64,000 bases of DNA from Octopus sinensis (Eukaryota). Shown piece by piece: positions 49,610 to 61,902 of this stretch. Positions within the stretch are counted from its first letter, which is position 1, and every line of letters begins with the position of its first letter. The translations under genes were made by a program, and so were the position numbers. The DNA lies in contig NC_043021.1 in NCBI RefSeq assembly GCF_006345805.1, forward strand, positions 6,262,001 through 6,326,000, given 5' to 3'. The notes beneath the pieces are model-generated. The model ran no database searches and was not told where the DNA came from. It saw only the letters and a list, made by a program, of their open reading frames with translations.

Positions 49610-51230
49610 CTCTCACATTTGCTTTTCCAAAAATCTCACTACTGTAGCAGCCACATTGCTTTTCTAAGCTGTTGTCTCCACCACCATGCTCCCGCATCCC
49701 CTCCCCCGAGGCTTCTGCTTGAAGTTCTGCCCTACTCTATATTCTTCTCCCTTTGCCAAACCCATCCTTTGCCTGTACTTCTTGCCTTCTCATCTGTGCT
49801 ATCATCCATTCCATTCTCTTCCGTATCCACTCTCTAGATCACTAACTTCTGTAGGCTCACCTTTTCTTCTCCTCTCTTTGCATTCCATCTTTCACCCAAT
49901 CTAGACTCTTCTTCTTGCCATGCTTCAATCACCAATTCCTCAACTTTCACACACTGACCAAAAACCTGTATTTGCCTCACCCGTCCATCCCAACCCTCCC
50001 TCTTCAACCCCTCATATGTTCCCCCCTACACCCACGACATACTGTGATTACTATACCACTATACCACCTGAAGCTGAACATTTGTTCCTTGTTAAAGGTC
50101 TTCCACTTTGTACCCCTCACTGTGATGAATTCCAGTCCCCCCCCCCCCCGTACAGACATCGGACAGTTCCTGTGTCATACAAAATTGTGTCTTCTATGGC
50201 TCAACTCTGCCTCACAACAACTGGGATTGCCTCCCAGAGCTGGGTCACCATCCATCCATCCATTCAACTGGATGCTGCCACCAAGTCAGTTCAGCAGCCT
50301 AGACTTGTTTGTAAATGCATGCAACAACACCATCAACTTCTTTGATTTCAATAACATCTCCTAGGCCTAAATCTCAACCCGGAACTCTTCGTCTATCTAG
50401 AGGAAGCATTCTAACAGCTTTGCAACCCTGAATTCTATAGCCTCCTGCCCTCCAACCCACCCTGTCTTACCAGCTTGTCTTCTACCATCGTGATCTTGTC
50501 TGCTCTCTTCTGTACTCTCTTTACTCTTTTACTCTTTTACTTGTTTCAGTCATTTGACTGTGGCCATGCTGGAGCACCGCCTTTAGTCGAGCAAATCGAC
50601 CCTGGGACTTATTCTTTGTAAGCCCAGTACTTATTCTATCAGTCTCTTTTGCCGAACCGCTAAGTGACGGGGACGTAAACACACCAGCATCGGTTGTCAA
50701 GCAATGCTAGGGGGACAAACACAGACACACAAACACACACACATACATATATATACATATATACGACAGGCTTCTTTCAGTTTCCGTCTACCAAATCCAC
50801 TCACAAGTCATTGGTCGGCCCGGGGCTATAGCAGAAGACACTTGCCCAAGATGCCATGCAGTGGGACTGAACCCGGAACCATGCGGTTGTTTAGCAAGCT
50901 ACTTACCACACAGCCACTCCTACCACCAATTTTTTTTTTTGTCTAAACTCTCCTCTCTACCATCTGTTTCTCCACCAAGATCCATAAATCCAATAACCCT
51001 GGGTTCCCCATTCTCTCAACATACAGCAGCCCTATTGAATTTATTTCTAAGTACCTGGACCTTGTCCTTTCTGTTTGAGTCACTTCCCTGTTTCACTCAC
51101 TTCAACAATACCAACCATGTTCTTCACATTTTCAATTGATTTTTTCCCTTCCATTTTAGTCCCTTCCCATGAATATCAAATTACTCCACACTAACATTCC
51201 TCACAGTGATGGTCTCCTGACCTTCCAAAT
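49610..51230 (+). mobile_element. Decayed Penelope-like element reverse transcriptase ORF, interrupted by an S1 SINE (50514-50921, -)
   Basis: Frameshifted peptides in PLE order: SHIAFLSCCL, PRGFCLKF, TVITIP...EAE...KGL...FVP...DEF, WMLPPSQFSSLDLFVNAC, then STKIHKSNNPGFPILSTYSSPIEFISKYLDLVL (50971 onward; compare LPKIHK..PGRPIVS), FNNTNHVLHIF and MNIKLLHTNIPHSDGLL (51169 onward; compare MDVxSLYTNIP). Confidence 0.8.
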
Positions 51231-51880
51231 CTTCAAAACACTTCCTTGATTTTGGCCACAAGCTCAGCCTTGGTGTAGCAGGCAGAGTGGTTGGTATCTT
51301 TCTCAACTGCAACTTTACACATAGTAATCCATGGGATTAAAATCAAAGGAATTTGGGGGCAGGAAAGATGGGGGCTGGTGAAGTTATTGAAATTCTCTGA
51401 CAACCACTTGTAACTCTTTCTGGGGGTAAGGCGGTGAGCTGGCAGAATCATTAGCACGCCGGGCAAAATGCTCAGCGGTATTTTGTCTGTCATTACGTTC
51501 TGAGTTCAAATTCCGCCGAGGTGGACTTTGCCTTTCATCCTTTCGGGGTCGATAAATTAAGTACCAGTTACGCACTGGAGGGGTCGATCTAATCAACTTA
51601 ATACCTATGTCTGTCCTTGTTTGTCCCCTATATGTTTAGCCCCTTGTGGGTCGTAAAGAAATAGGTATGGCAAGAGGGCTGAATCCTGCTGTCACACATG
51701 ACCGCCTTCTAGCAGTAACCTTCTCCAGCCAGGGTTCAACTGGTCTCCAGCAGCTTCACCTAACTATCTGAACTAAGCCCCAAGCCCTGTTCATCAGTTG
51801 TTGGATAAATTCCAGCATATGAAGGAAGTCATAGCACCTGCTGTGTCCCTTCCTGCTGGCCATAGATAAAACACCACCTA
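51230..51880 (-). mobile_element. Tc1/mariner transposase remnant split by an S2 SINE (51430-51665)
   Basis: Minus strand: PWLEKV...QQDSA...|PRKSYKWLSENFNNFTSPH...VAVEKDTNHSACYTKAELVAKIKEVF, the C-terminal half of a DDE/D domain. Confidence 0.75.
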
Positions 51881-52352
51881 CTTACATTCTTTTGTGATCC
51901 CTTAAAAAATTCCTTAAAAAAGGAAGCTGACACACCCAATTACTAAATTTTTAAATACTGCCCTAAGCCTTGAGCTTTAACATTTATAGTGTCAAAGTAA
52001 AGGATTCAATTTTAAAAAAACTAACAAAAATAATTAGAACTACCTACATTCGTTTTTGTGACCCACTAAAAAATACTCCCATGACCTGAGTGGACACACC
52101 TACTTACACAGTTCTACATGCATAAACTTGATCAATAAAAATGTCTTCAATGCACCTCTCCACCCCAATCCACACACCTAAGGAAAGTTTTATCTCCACA
52201 ATGACTAATTAAAGCCATGACTAAGTTCGGTGCATTGAAGTGCAATGAAGGCTTAGCAGACCGGAACTTCAAAGTCACTGTCAATAATATTCTTTAAAAA
52301 AAAAAAATGTGTGTGTTTGTGTTTATGTATGTATTAAATATATGTAAGCATA

Positions 52353-52504
52353 GGCGCAGGAGTGGCTGTGTGGGTTCAGTCCCACTGCGTGGCACCTTGG
52401 GCAAGTTTCTTCTACTATAGCCTCGGGCCAACCAAAGCCTTGTGAGTGGATTTGGTAGACGGAAACTGAAAGAAGCCCGTCGTATATATGTATATATATA
52501 TATA

Positions 52505-52540
<36 letters not shown>

Positions 52541-52758
52541 TGTGTGTGTTTGTGTGTCTGTGTTTGTCCCCCTAGCATTGCTTGACAACCGATGCTGGTG
52601 TGTTTATGTCCCCGTTACTTAGCGGTTCGGCAAAAGAGACTGATAGAATAAGTACTGGGCTTACAAAAGAGTAAGTCCCGGGGTCGAGTTGCTCGATTAA
52701 AGGCGGTGCTCCAGCATGGCCGCAGTCAAATGACTGAAACAAGTAAAAGAGTAAAAGA
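52353..52758 (+). mobile_element. S1 SINE with a perfect 22-bp flanking duplication, abutting a second S1 head at 52781
   Basis: GTATTAAATATATGTAAGCATA at 52331-52352 and 52759-52780. Confidence 0.9.
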
Positions 52759-54754
52759 GTATTAAATATATGTAAGCATAGGTGCAGGAGTGGCTGTGTG
52801 GTAAGTAGCTTGCTTACCAACCACATGATTCTGGGTTCAGGCCCATTGCATAGCACCTTGGGCAAGTGTCTTCTACTATAGCCTCGGGCTGACCAAAGCC
52901 TTGTGAGTGGATTTGTTCTGAAATTGCTGACCTTGTGCCAAAATTTGAAACCATCATCATCATCATCATTATTATTATTATTATTAGTAGTAGTAGTAGT
53001 AGTGCTTAAGCTTACTAATTATTATAATTAATTAAATATATAATGAGACCAGAGCTGGCGTAATAGTAAGCTGGTACACTACATAGACCAATTGGGATGG
53101 TGTTAATCTTCCTCATTAATATCTCTGGTTGTTTACATGGTCTATAAACTAACTTTTCCTGAGATGTTCTAATTAACATGCCAATTAATCTCATCCTTCA
53201 ATGAACAAAATGGAAGTACACACAACCCAGGTGAGAAAAATTAAGGGAGTTTCTACTGAATTTCTCGATCTATTCAATATATATATAAACATAGGCGCAG
53301 GCATGGCTGTGTGGTAAGAAGGTTGTTTCCCAACCACATGGTTCCAGGTTCAGTCTCACTGCATGGCATCTTGGGCAAATGTCTTCTACTACAGCCTTGG
53401 GTTGACCAAAGCATTGTGAGTGGATTTAGTAGATGGGACACTGTATGTGTGTTTGTGTTTGTCCCCCACTACCGCTTGACAACCTGTGTCGGTTTGTTTA
53501 TGTTCCCATAGCTTAGTGGCTCTGCAAAAAGAGACCAGTAGAATAAAGGCGGCAAGCTGGCAGAATCGTTAGCACGCCGGGCGAGATGCTTAGCGGTATT
53601 TCGTCTGTCTTTATGTTCTGAGTTCAAATTCCGCCGAGGTTGACTTTGCCTTTCATCCTTTCGGGGTCGATTAAATAAGTACCAGTTACGCACTGGGGTC
53701 GATGTAATCGACTTAATCCCTTTGTCCTTGTTTGTCCCCTCTATTTTTAGCCCCTTGTGGGCAATAAAGAAATAAGAATAAGTACCAGGCTTAACAAAAA
53801 TATGTACTGAGGTCAATATATTTGACTAAAAATTCTTCAAGGAGGTACCCCAGCATGGCCACAGTCTCATGACTGGAACAAGTGAAGATAAAAGAAACAG
53901 CTAAATTTTCCACTGCTGAATAAACTCTCACAGACTGTCCTTATTAAAGAGAGAAATCCATGTGACTTCATTCCTGAAACCACATCACACTAACTACATC
54001 TATGGCATTGATTTCACTATGACTGATGAATGATGAATGATGAATGACCAAGCTCAGACATGAGGAGCAAGTATTTAACTCTAACTGATGCTTGCATTCT
54101 CTGACTGCGAGAGGAGAAATTATAAATAACTGTCAACATTTATGATGTTAAATAAGTTTATATTCCTTTGGTATTTTCTATTTAATGGTGCACCCATATG
54201 TATTAAACATTCACAAAATTTTGTGTGTGTGTGTATATGTACATGTGTGTGTGTGTGCATACAGTATGCATATGTGTGTGTGTGTGTATTGTATCTTGCC
54301 ATTGGCATATCATGTTAATGTTGTCCTTTTTTTCCAATCTTCCATGAAAAACATGTCTGGTCATGAGGAAATATTTACCTTTGCTTGGAATCAGGTGAGT
54401 GGATTTGGTAGACAGAAACTGAAAGAAGCCTCTTGCTTGCTTGCTTGTGTGTGTGTGTGTGTGTATCCTGGTCTTGAGATAATTGATGGTTGTAGATAAG
54501 TATCATCATCATACAAGTAAGGATGTTCGTTTCTAATCTTCTGTGAAAGAAAACTTATCCAACTGTGGGAAAATGTTATCTTGCTTTGAAACAGGTGAAG
54601 AATGTTTTCAGGAAGGGCATCTGGCTGTAGAAAATCTGCCTCGACAAATTCTGTGTGATCCATGTAAGCTTGGAAAAATGGACGTATGATGATGATGACG
54701 ATGATGATGTATGATAGAGTTTTGATATAGTGTATGGAGTCAAGCTTGCGGTAC

Positions 54755-54960
54755 TTGGACAAAATCCTTCCTGAGGACAAATCTCCCCTGGGCAAAATTC
54801 CCCCTGGACAAAATCCCCTGACAGTCAGTATCCCCTGGGATATTGTTCTTCCTTTGCAATGAAAATGAAAATATTTTCGGAAAGTGAAATTTTATAAAAA
54901 AAAAAATGACTAAAATATTTATTAGTGGAAATTTGTCTGGTGGGGATTTTGTCCTGACAC
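54755..54960. mobile_element. Possible MITE with reiterated subterminal GGACAAAATCC motifs
   Basis: About 4 direct copies on the left and an inverted GGATTTTGTCC on the right; superfamily not determined. Confidence 0.45.
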
Positions 54961-55565
54961 CCAATCCTGGAACCCCCCCACATCATTGCCAAGCGCCATC
55001 AAATCTGTGTAAGAAGCATATAGAAAAATCACTTCCGAACATCTCTCAGTATTTACTGTATATTTATCTATTTACATACCTTTCATACCTCTACATAATA
55101 GATTCCCATGTCGGTTAGTCAGAACTAGTAACCCAAGTACTTTAGCCTCACTCTCAGCCAACGATTTCATATTCTCTCTCTCTGTTTCAAACCAAACAGT
55201 CTTTTGGAACATTACCAAGTAGGAATCTAATTTTAGATTTTTCCAGAATACTTTTGCTCTTCTTCTTCTTCCTTTCCGTTGTTTTTTAAATTTTATTTCG
55301 TGTTATATTTCATTTTTTGTGCTGTTTTTTTTTTATGTTGCTTTTGTTTTTTTTTTTTTTTGCTAACCACTCCTCATATACTAATTACCATGGAAGTATT
55401 GGTAACACATACTAAATACATATATACGTGTGTGTGTGTGCGTGCGCATGTTTGTGTGTGTGTGTGCGTGCGTATGTGTGTGTGTGTGTGTGCATGCATG
55501 TGTGTGTGAGTACACACACAAATACCAACTTCCACAACACACACGCACACACATACACACTCATA

Positions 55566-55665
55566 CATCATCATCATTGCCATCACCATCATCACCATCA
55601 TCATCACCATCGCCATCATCATCACCATCATCATCATCACCATCATCATCCTCATCATCCTCATC

Positions 55666-55696
<31 letters not shown>

Positions 55697-55861
55697 TCAC
55701 CATCATCGCCATCATCATCATCGCCATCATCATCATCATCATTGCCATCATCATCATCATCATCATCATCGCCATCATCACCATCGCCATCATCATCATC
55801 ACCATCCTCCTCCTCCTCATCATCATCACCATCATCATCATCATCGTTTAACGTCCATCTT
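55566..55861 (-). repeat. ~280-bp (CAT/CAC/CGC)n tract continuous with an RTE tail remnant
   Basis: Ends in CGTTTAACGTCCATCTT, the reverse complement of the RTE terminus GGACGTTAAACGATGATG. Confidence 0.9.
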
Positions 55862-56389
55862 CCATTAAGTGGCAGCAGTGTTGGGGCATTGGATAGAATG
55901 CCTGGCAGGAATTCCTTTTGACACTCTGTGTTGTGAGTTCAAATCCAAATCTTGCTACGGTTGATTTTTTTTTTTTCCCCATTCATTGTTATAGGATCAA
56001 TCAATAAAAATAACTTCCTATTCAAGATGGTGGATCAGTAGAATTGTTGATACTCAACAGGATGCTGTTTGATGTTCGTCCTGGCTCTTCATCTCAGTGG
56101 CAATACCTGCAAGGATACTGGGTGTCAATGTATACTAGTCTTGTTCTCTTGGATAACATTGGTGCAGGGAGAGAGGTGACTTGATGTGCAAGTCGGTTTT
56201 CCTCTCCCTGAGAAAGGTCGCCTCGCTCCCTGTCACCAGTGGGCAGCTGCTGGATGCTTGCATAAAGAAAATGATAATTTACCCAGGCTTGCACTCTGTC
56301 AGAGGGTCCTTTCTAGGTGCATGTACTCAGACCATCTGCAACAGAGGAATAAGGCCATTAAAAGCACACACAGACACACACACATGCAG

Positions 56390-56542
56390 ACAGATAGATA
56401 GATAGATAGATAGATAGGTAGATAGAGAGAGAGAGAGACAGACAGACAGATAGTTAGATAGATAGATAGATAGATAAATAGATAGAGAGGGAGAGAGGGA
56501 GAGAGAGAGGGCGAGAGACAGACAGATAGATAGATAGATAAA

Positions 56543-56574
<32 letters not shown>

Positions 56575-56670
56575 TAGATAGATAGATACATAGATAGAGA
56601 GAGAGAGAGACAGACAGACAGATAGATAGATAGATAAATAGAGAGATAGAGAGAGAGAGAGACAGATAGA
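56390..56670. repeat. (GATA/GACA/GA)n compound microsatellite
   Basis: Direct reading of the sequence. Confidence 0.97.
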
Positions 56671-56959
56671 TGTGAATGCAAGCATGGCTCAATGGTTAAA
56701 AAGTTTGTTTCACAACTACGAGGTCTCAGGTTCAATCCATCGTATGGCACCTTGTGCGAGTGTCTTTTACCACAGCCACTGCCTGACTGATGCCTTGTGA
56801 GTGAAATTCTGCAAATAGACACTGTGTAACAGTCCATCAAATCCACTTTGCTTGTAATTTAATGAGCTTGCCTCGTTTGTGTTACGTTGCTTCTGCCTGA
56901 CAAGTACATTAAGAACATACATAGCTGTGCGCTTAATTGGATTCCACTTGATCAAATAA

Positions 56960-57955
56960 CTGTGATAAGAAGCTTGCTTCCCAACCACATGGTTCCGGGT
57001 TCAGGCCTACTGCGTGGCACCTTGGGCAAGTGTCCTTTACTATATAGCCTTGGGCCGACCAAAACCTTGTGAGTGGATTTGGTAGACGGAAACTGAAAGA
57101 AGCCTGTTGTATATATATATATTTATTTATTTTTGTGTGTATTTGTATCTGTGTTTGTTCTCCGCCTCCATTACTTGACAACAGATGTTGGTGTGTTTAC
57201 ATCCCCATAACTTAGCAGTTCAGCAGAAGAGACTGATAGAATAAGTGCCAGGTTTACGGAGAATAAGCCCAGGGGGCGATTTCTTCAACAAGAAGGTAGC
57301 GCTTCAGCATGGCTCCAGTCAAATGACTGTGTATTTGTATCTGTGTTTGTTCTCCACCTCCATTACTTGACAACAGATGTTGGTGTGTTTACATCCCCAT
57401 AACTTAGCAGTTCAGCAGAAGAGACTGATAGAATAAGTGCCAGGTTTACGGAGAATAAGCCCAGGGGGCGATTTCTTCAACAAGAAGGTAGCGCTTCAGC
57501 ATGGCTCCAGTCAAATGACTGAAACAATTAAAAGAATAAAAGAATTTGTATATAGGCGTAGGAGTGGCTGTGTGGTAAGTAGCTTGTTTACCAATCACAT
57601 GGTTCCGGGTTCAGTCCCACTGCGTGGCACCTTGGGCAAGTGTCTTCCACTATAGCCTCGGGCCGACCAAAGCCTTGTGAGTGGATTTGGTAGACGGAAA
57701 CTGAAAGAAGCCCGTCGTATATATATGTATATATGTGTGTGTGTGTGTTTGTATTTCTGTGTTTGTCCCCCTAGCATTGCTTGACAACCGATGCTGGTGT
57801 GTTTACGTCACCGTAACTTAGCGGTTCGGCAAAAGAGACTGATAGAATAAGTACTAGGCTTACAAAGAATAAGTCAAGGGGTCGATTTGCTCGACTAAAT
57901 GCGGTGCTCCAGCATGGCCACAGTCAAATGACTGAAACAAGTAAAAGAATAAAAG
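56960..57955 (+). mobile_element. S1 SINE with a 192-bp tandem duplication of its 3' half, followed by a full S1 copy (57555-57955)
   Basis: 57139-57330 is repeated from 57331 with about 1 mismatch; the second SINE is flanked by AAAAGAATTTGTATATA. Confidence 0.88.
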
Positions 57956-58370
57956 AATTTGTATATATATACGAAGCAGTGCTGAAAAGTTCCTGGTTTT
58001 AAGGGTATTGCGAAAGGCCTGATTGGAGGTCCAACATTCCGAGCTTTTTTACAGGGTTTACAAAAACTGAAGGACCACTGCAATAAGAGTGTGAATCTGA
58101 GAGGGGAATATGTTGAATAAAATCATAATTAACTGATTGTCCTGTATTTTCTTTTACCCATGACTTAGCTGTTTGGGGGAAAAAAGACCTATAGAATAAG
58201 TACCAGGCTTAAAAAATAGACAAGTGTTGGGGTCAATTCGTTTTACTAGAATTCTTCAAGCATGACCACAGTTGGATGACTGAAACAAGTGAAAGATAGA
58301 AAAGTGTGTATGTATGTGTGTATGGAAATGTTACTCTGAGCATCAACTGAACAAGAAAAATATGTGTGGG

Positions 58371-58403
<33 letters not shown>

Positions 58404-59040
58404 CAGCCGTAAGCTGACCCAACTGATGGAGCAGCTATCAAGGTTGGCTGTTATAACTACTGAAAGGTCCATTAGGAGCATGCATGTAGGAAAAGCAGCA
58501 GGGCTTAGTCCCTGAGATGCTAAAAATACCAGTTGAATTAGGATTTCTGTGAACTCCTAAATTCCTGTATTCCAAGTAATTGCAGCGCTCACCAAGTTCT
58601 AGACCACATTTAATTGCAATTCAAATAATGTCGTGACCGAAAAAGATGAACTTAGTTTAGTTCCTCTTTCTCAGTAAGCAAGCACGTTTGGCCTCATTTT
58701 AGAACTTTCTGTCAAAAGAATTCTTGTTTGCGTCATGTTTGTTTTTTTTTTGTTTTTTTTTGTTTTAGTTTATTAAGTAAATTATTTCAGATGTTTGCTT
58801 TCCTTTGGTTTTCAAACTAAGCCAGTAAATTAGAATATGTTGATATTTATTAACGACTTAAATTCAGCAAGCTGGCAGAATCGTTAGAATGCTGGGCAAA
58901 ATACTTAATGGTTCTGGGTTCAGTCCCACTGCGTGGCACCTTGGGCAAGTGTCTTCTACTATAGCCTCAGGCCAACCAAAGCCTTGTGAGTGGATTTGGT
59001 AGACAGAAACTGAAAGAAGCCCGTCATATATATGTATATG

Positions 59041-59080
<40 letters not shown>

Positions 59081-60388
59081 GTGTGTGTGTGTTTGTGTGT
59101 CTGTGTTTGTCCCCCCAACATCGCTTGACAACCAATGCTGGTGTGTTTACATCCCCTTAACCTAGTGGTTTGGTATAGGTGACCAATAGAATAAGTACAA
59201 GGCTTACAGGTCAATTTGCTCAACTAAAGGCGGTGCTCCAGCATGGCCGCAGTCAAATGACTGAAACAAGTAAAAGATAAAAGATAGGGTCTCTGAATTT
59301 TGTGGCTGTATGAGGTAATAAAAGTTTATAACACTAATTCATTAATGATGTGGGCCTTACAAAACCCTTGAATGGTGGAGATGAAAGTAGATCTCAGAAT
59401 GATTTTTCTAATGGAGTTGTACAGCTTCAAAGTTTCCGAGAAGACTATCAGGAGTGCAGATTCAATTTTGAGATAGGCTGTTGAGACTATTGATGTCCAG
59501 GAATCAATATCTTGTAAATAAATGTGGAAACACCTGTGTGTAATCAATTTACCTATGTGCAGCCAACATCCTTGATCTTGGTCACAGGCTTGGCCTTGGT
59601 GTAGCAGGCAAAGCAGCTGGGGGCTGCAACCAACTTGGACAAGTGAAAGTGAGAGGACAATAGGTAAAAACTACATCTACAATGTACACCAAATAATCAA
59701 TACTTCCTATCACCAGTTTTCCTCCAAATTCATGAATTAGTTATATTTTTATGGCTTCTATACTGGACTTACTGCATTTTGTCTGAATTTCTGGTTTCCA
59801 ACAGGATTGGGAGGTTTATGTAAAGAAAAGACTACAGGATTGTAAAGAGTTTTAGGCACAGGAGTGGTTTTGTGGTAAGTAGCTTACTTACCAACCACAT
59901 GATTCCCATCGGATATATATATATGTGTGTATTTTTATGTGTCTGTGTGCCCCCCTGCCTGCCAGCCATCGCTTGACAACCAATGTTGTTGAGTTTACGT
60001 CCCTGTAACTTAGCGGTTCGGCAAAAGAAACTGATAGAATAAGTCCTGGGGTTGATTTGTTTGACTAAAGGCAGTGCTCCAGCACGGCCACAGTCAACTG
60101 ACTGAAACAAATGAAAAAAAAAAGTTAATCAGGTAGTGTGTGTGTGTTATCTCTAATGTTTTGTATAGTCCAGTGGTTTTCAACCAAGGTCCACATAACC
60201 CTGGGGGGCGGGGGGCGATATAAGATTTTGTTGTTGAAGTTTATGTGCAATAAATTGCTTTACTTCTCCAATACACAAACCATTATAACAATTGTCTTTC
60301 ACACCAACTCCTAATAATATTTAATTATGAAAATATAATAGGCACAGGTGTTGTGGCTGTGGTGGTTAGAAGTTTGCTTCCCAATAAA

Positions 60389-60785
60389 GGCGGCGAGCTG
60401 GCGGAAACGTTAGCACGCCGGGCGAAATGCTTAGTGGTATTTCGTCTGTCCTTACGTTCTGAGTTCAAATTCCACCGAGGTCGACTTTGTCTTTCATCCT
60501 TTCGGGGTCGATAAATTAAGTACCAGTTACGCACTGGGGTCGATGTAATCGACTTAATACCTATGTCTGTCCTTGTTTGTCCCCTCTGTGTTTAGCCCCT
60601 TGTGGGTAATAAAGAAATAGGTATTTCGTCTGTCTTTACATTCTGAGTTCAAATTCCACCGAGGTCAACTTTGACTTTCATCTTTTCGGGGTCGATAAAC
60701 TAAGTACCAGTTACGCACTAGGGTTGATGTAATCAACTTAATCCCTTCGTCTGCCCTTGTTTGTCCCCTCTATGTTTAGTCCCTT
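60389..60785 (+). mobile_element. S2 SINE plus a partial tandem copy
   Basis: Complete GGCGGCGAGCTGGC head; the body repeats from about 60621. Confidence 0.88.
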
Positions 60786-60948
60786 TCTGTTTTTTTCTTC
60801 TTCTTTTTGATTCTCTGGCTCACCATTTATATCAGTTAAAGGATGGTATACAATCCTTTCTTAATTAATAAAATATAAATGAATTGGATTAAAATCAAAT
60901 AAATTTATTGCCTATGGTATTCAGTGTACCTTTTTTTATTTATTTTAA

Positions 60949-61570
60949 CCCTTTAGCATTCAGATTACTTTGTGAAAGTAAGGTTTATTTATTCATTCTC
61001 TTTACTCTTTACTCTTTTACTTGTTTCAGTCATTTGACTGTGGCCATGCTGGAGCACCACCTTTAGTCGAGCAAATCGACCCCGGGACTTATTCTTTGTA
61101 AGCCCAGTACTTATTCTATCGTTCTCTTTTGCCGAACCGCTAAGTGATGGGGACATAAACACACCAGCATCGGTTGTAAAGCAATGCTAGGGGGACAAAC
61201 ACAGACACACAAACATATACACACACACTTATATATATATATACATATACGACAGGCTTCTTTCAGTTTCTGTCTACCAAATCCACTCACAAGGCATTGG
61301 TTGGCCCGGGGCTATAGCAGAAGACACTTGCCCAAGATGCCACGCAGTGTGACTGAACCCGGAACCATGTGGTTGGTTAGCAAGCTACTTACCACACAGC
61401 CACTCCTGCGCCTGTTTTGAATTAGTTGTGCAATATCTTGTAACTTCGAGATTTCGATGATGTGACTCTATTTTTTAGGATGACATTGCAGGCTAAGTAT
61501 AAGAGGGTAGATCTAGCCAATTTGAACCTAAAATAGACAGAATATTTTGACTGCTTTAAATGCTAGAAGG
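60949..61570 (-). mobile_element. piggyBac-like MITE A split by an S1 SINE (60998-61412, -); a further MITE A follows at 61603-61820 (+)
   Basis: TTAA at 60945 and 61571; TTAA at 61599 and 61821. Confidence 0.8.
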
Positions 61571-61902
61571 TTAATCATCCTTTATTACCCACACAGCTTT
61601 AACTTTTTAGCATTTAATACAGCCATACCTGGTCCAAATATCTTACCTGTTTTATGTTAAAACTGACCAAACAACCTCCCACTCCTGCCTTACAATGTCA
61701 TTCTAAAAATATACGAACACACCGTTGGAGTCTCAAAGCTACTAGATAATGTGTAATTAATTCAAAACGACTTGAATATATAAACAATACGTTTGACAAA
61801 GAAATCTGAATGCTACAGGGTTAATGATTTATTTTTGATTTTGTAAAATATCTTTGGACAAAAATATACTTAACTTTTGTCTATATCAGAAAATATAATT
61901 TA

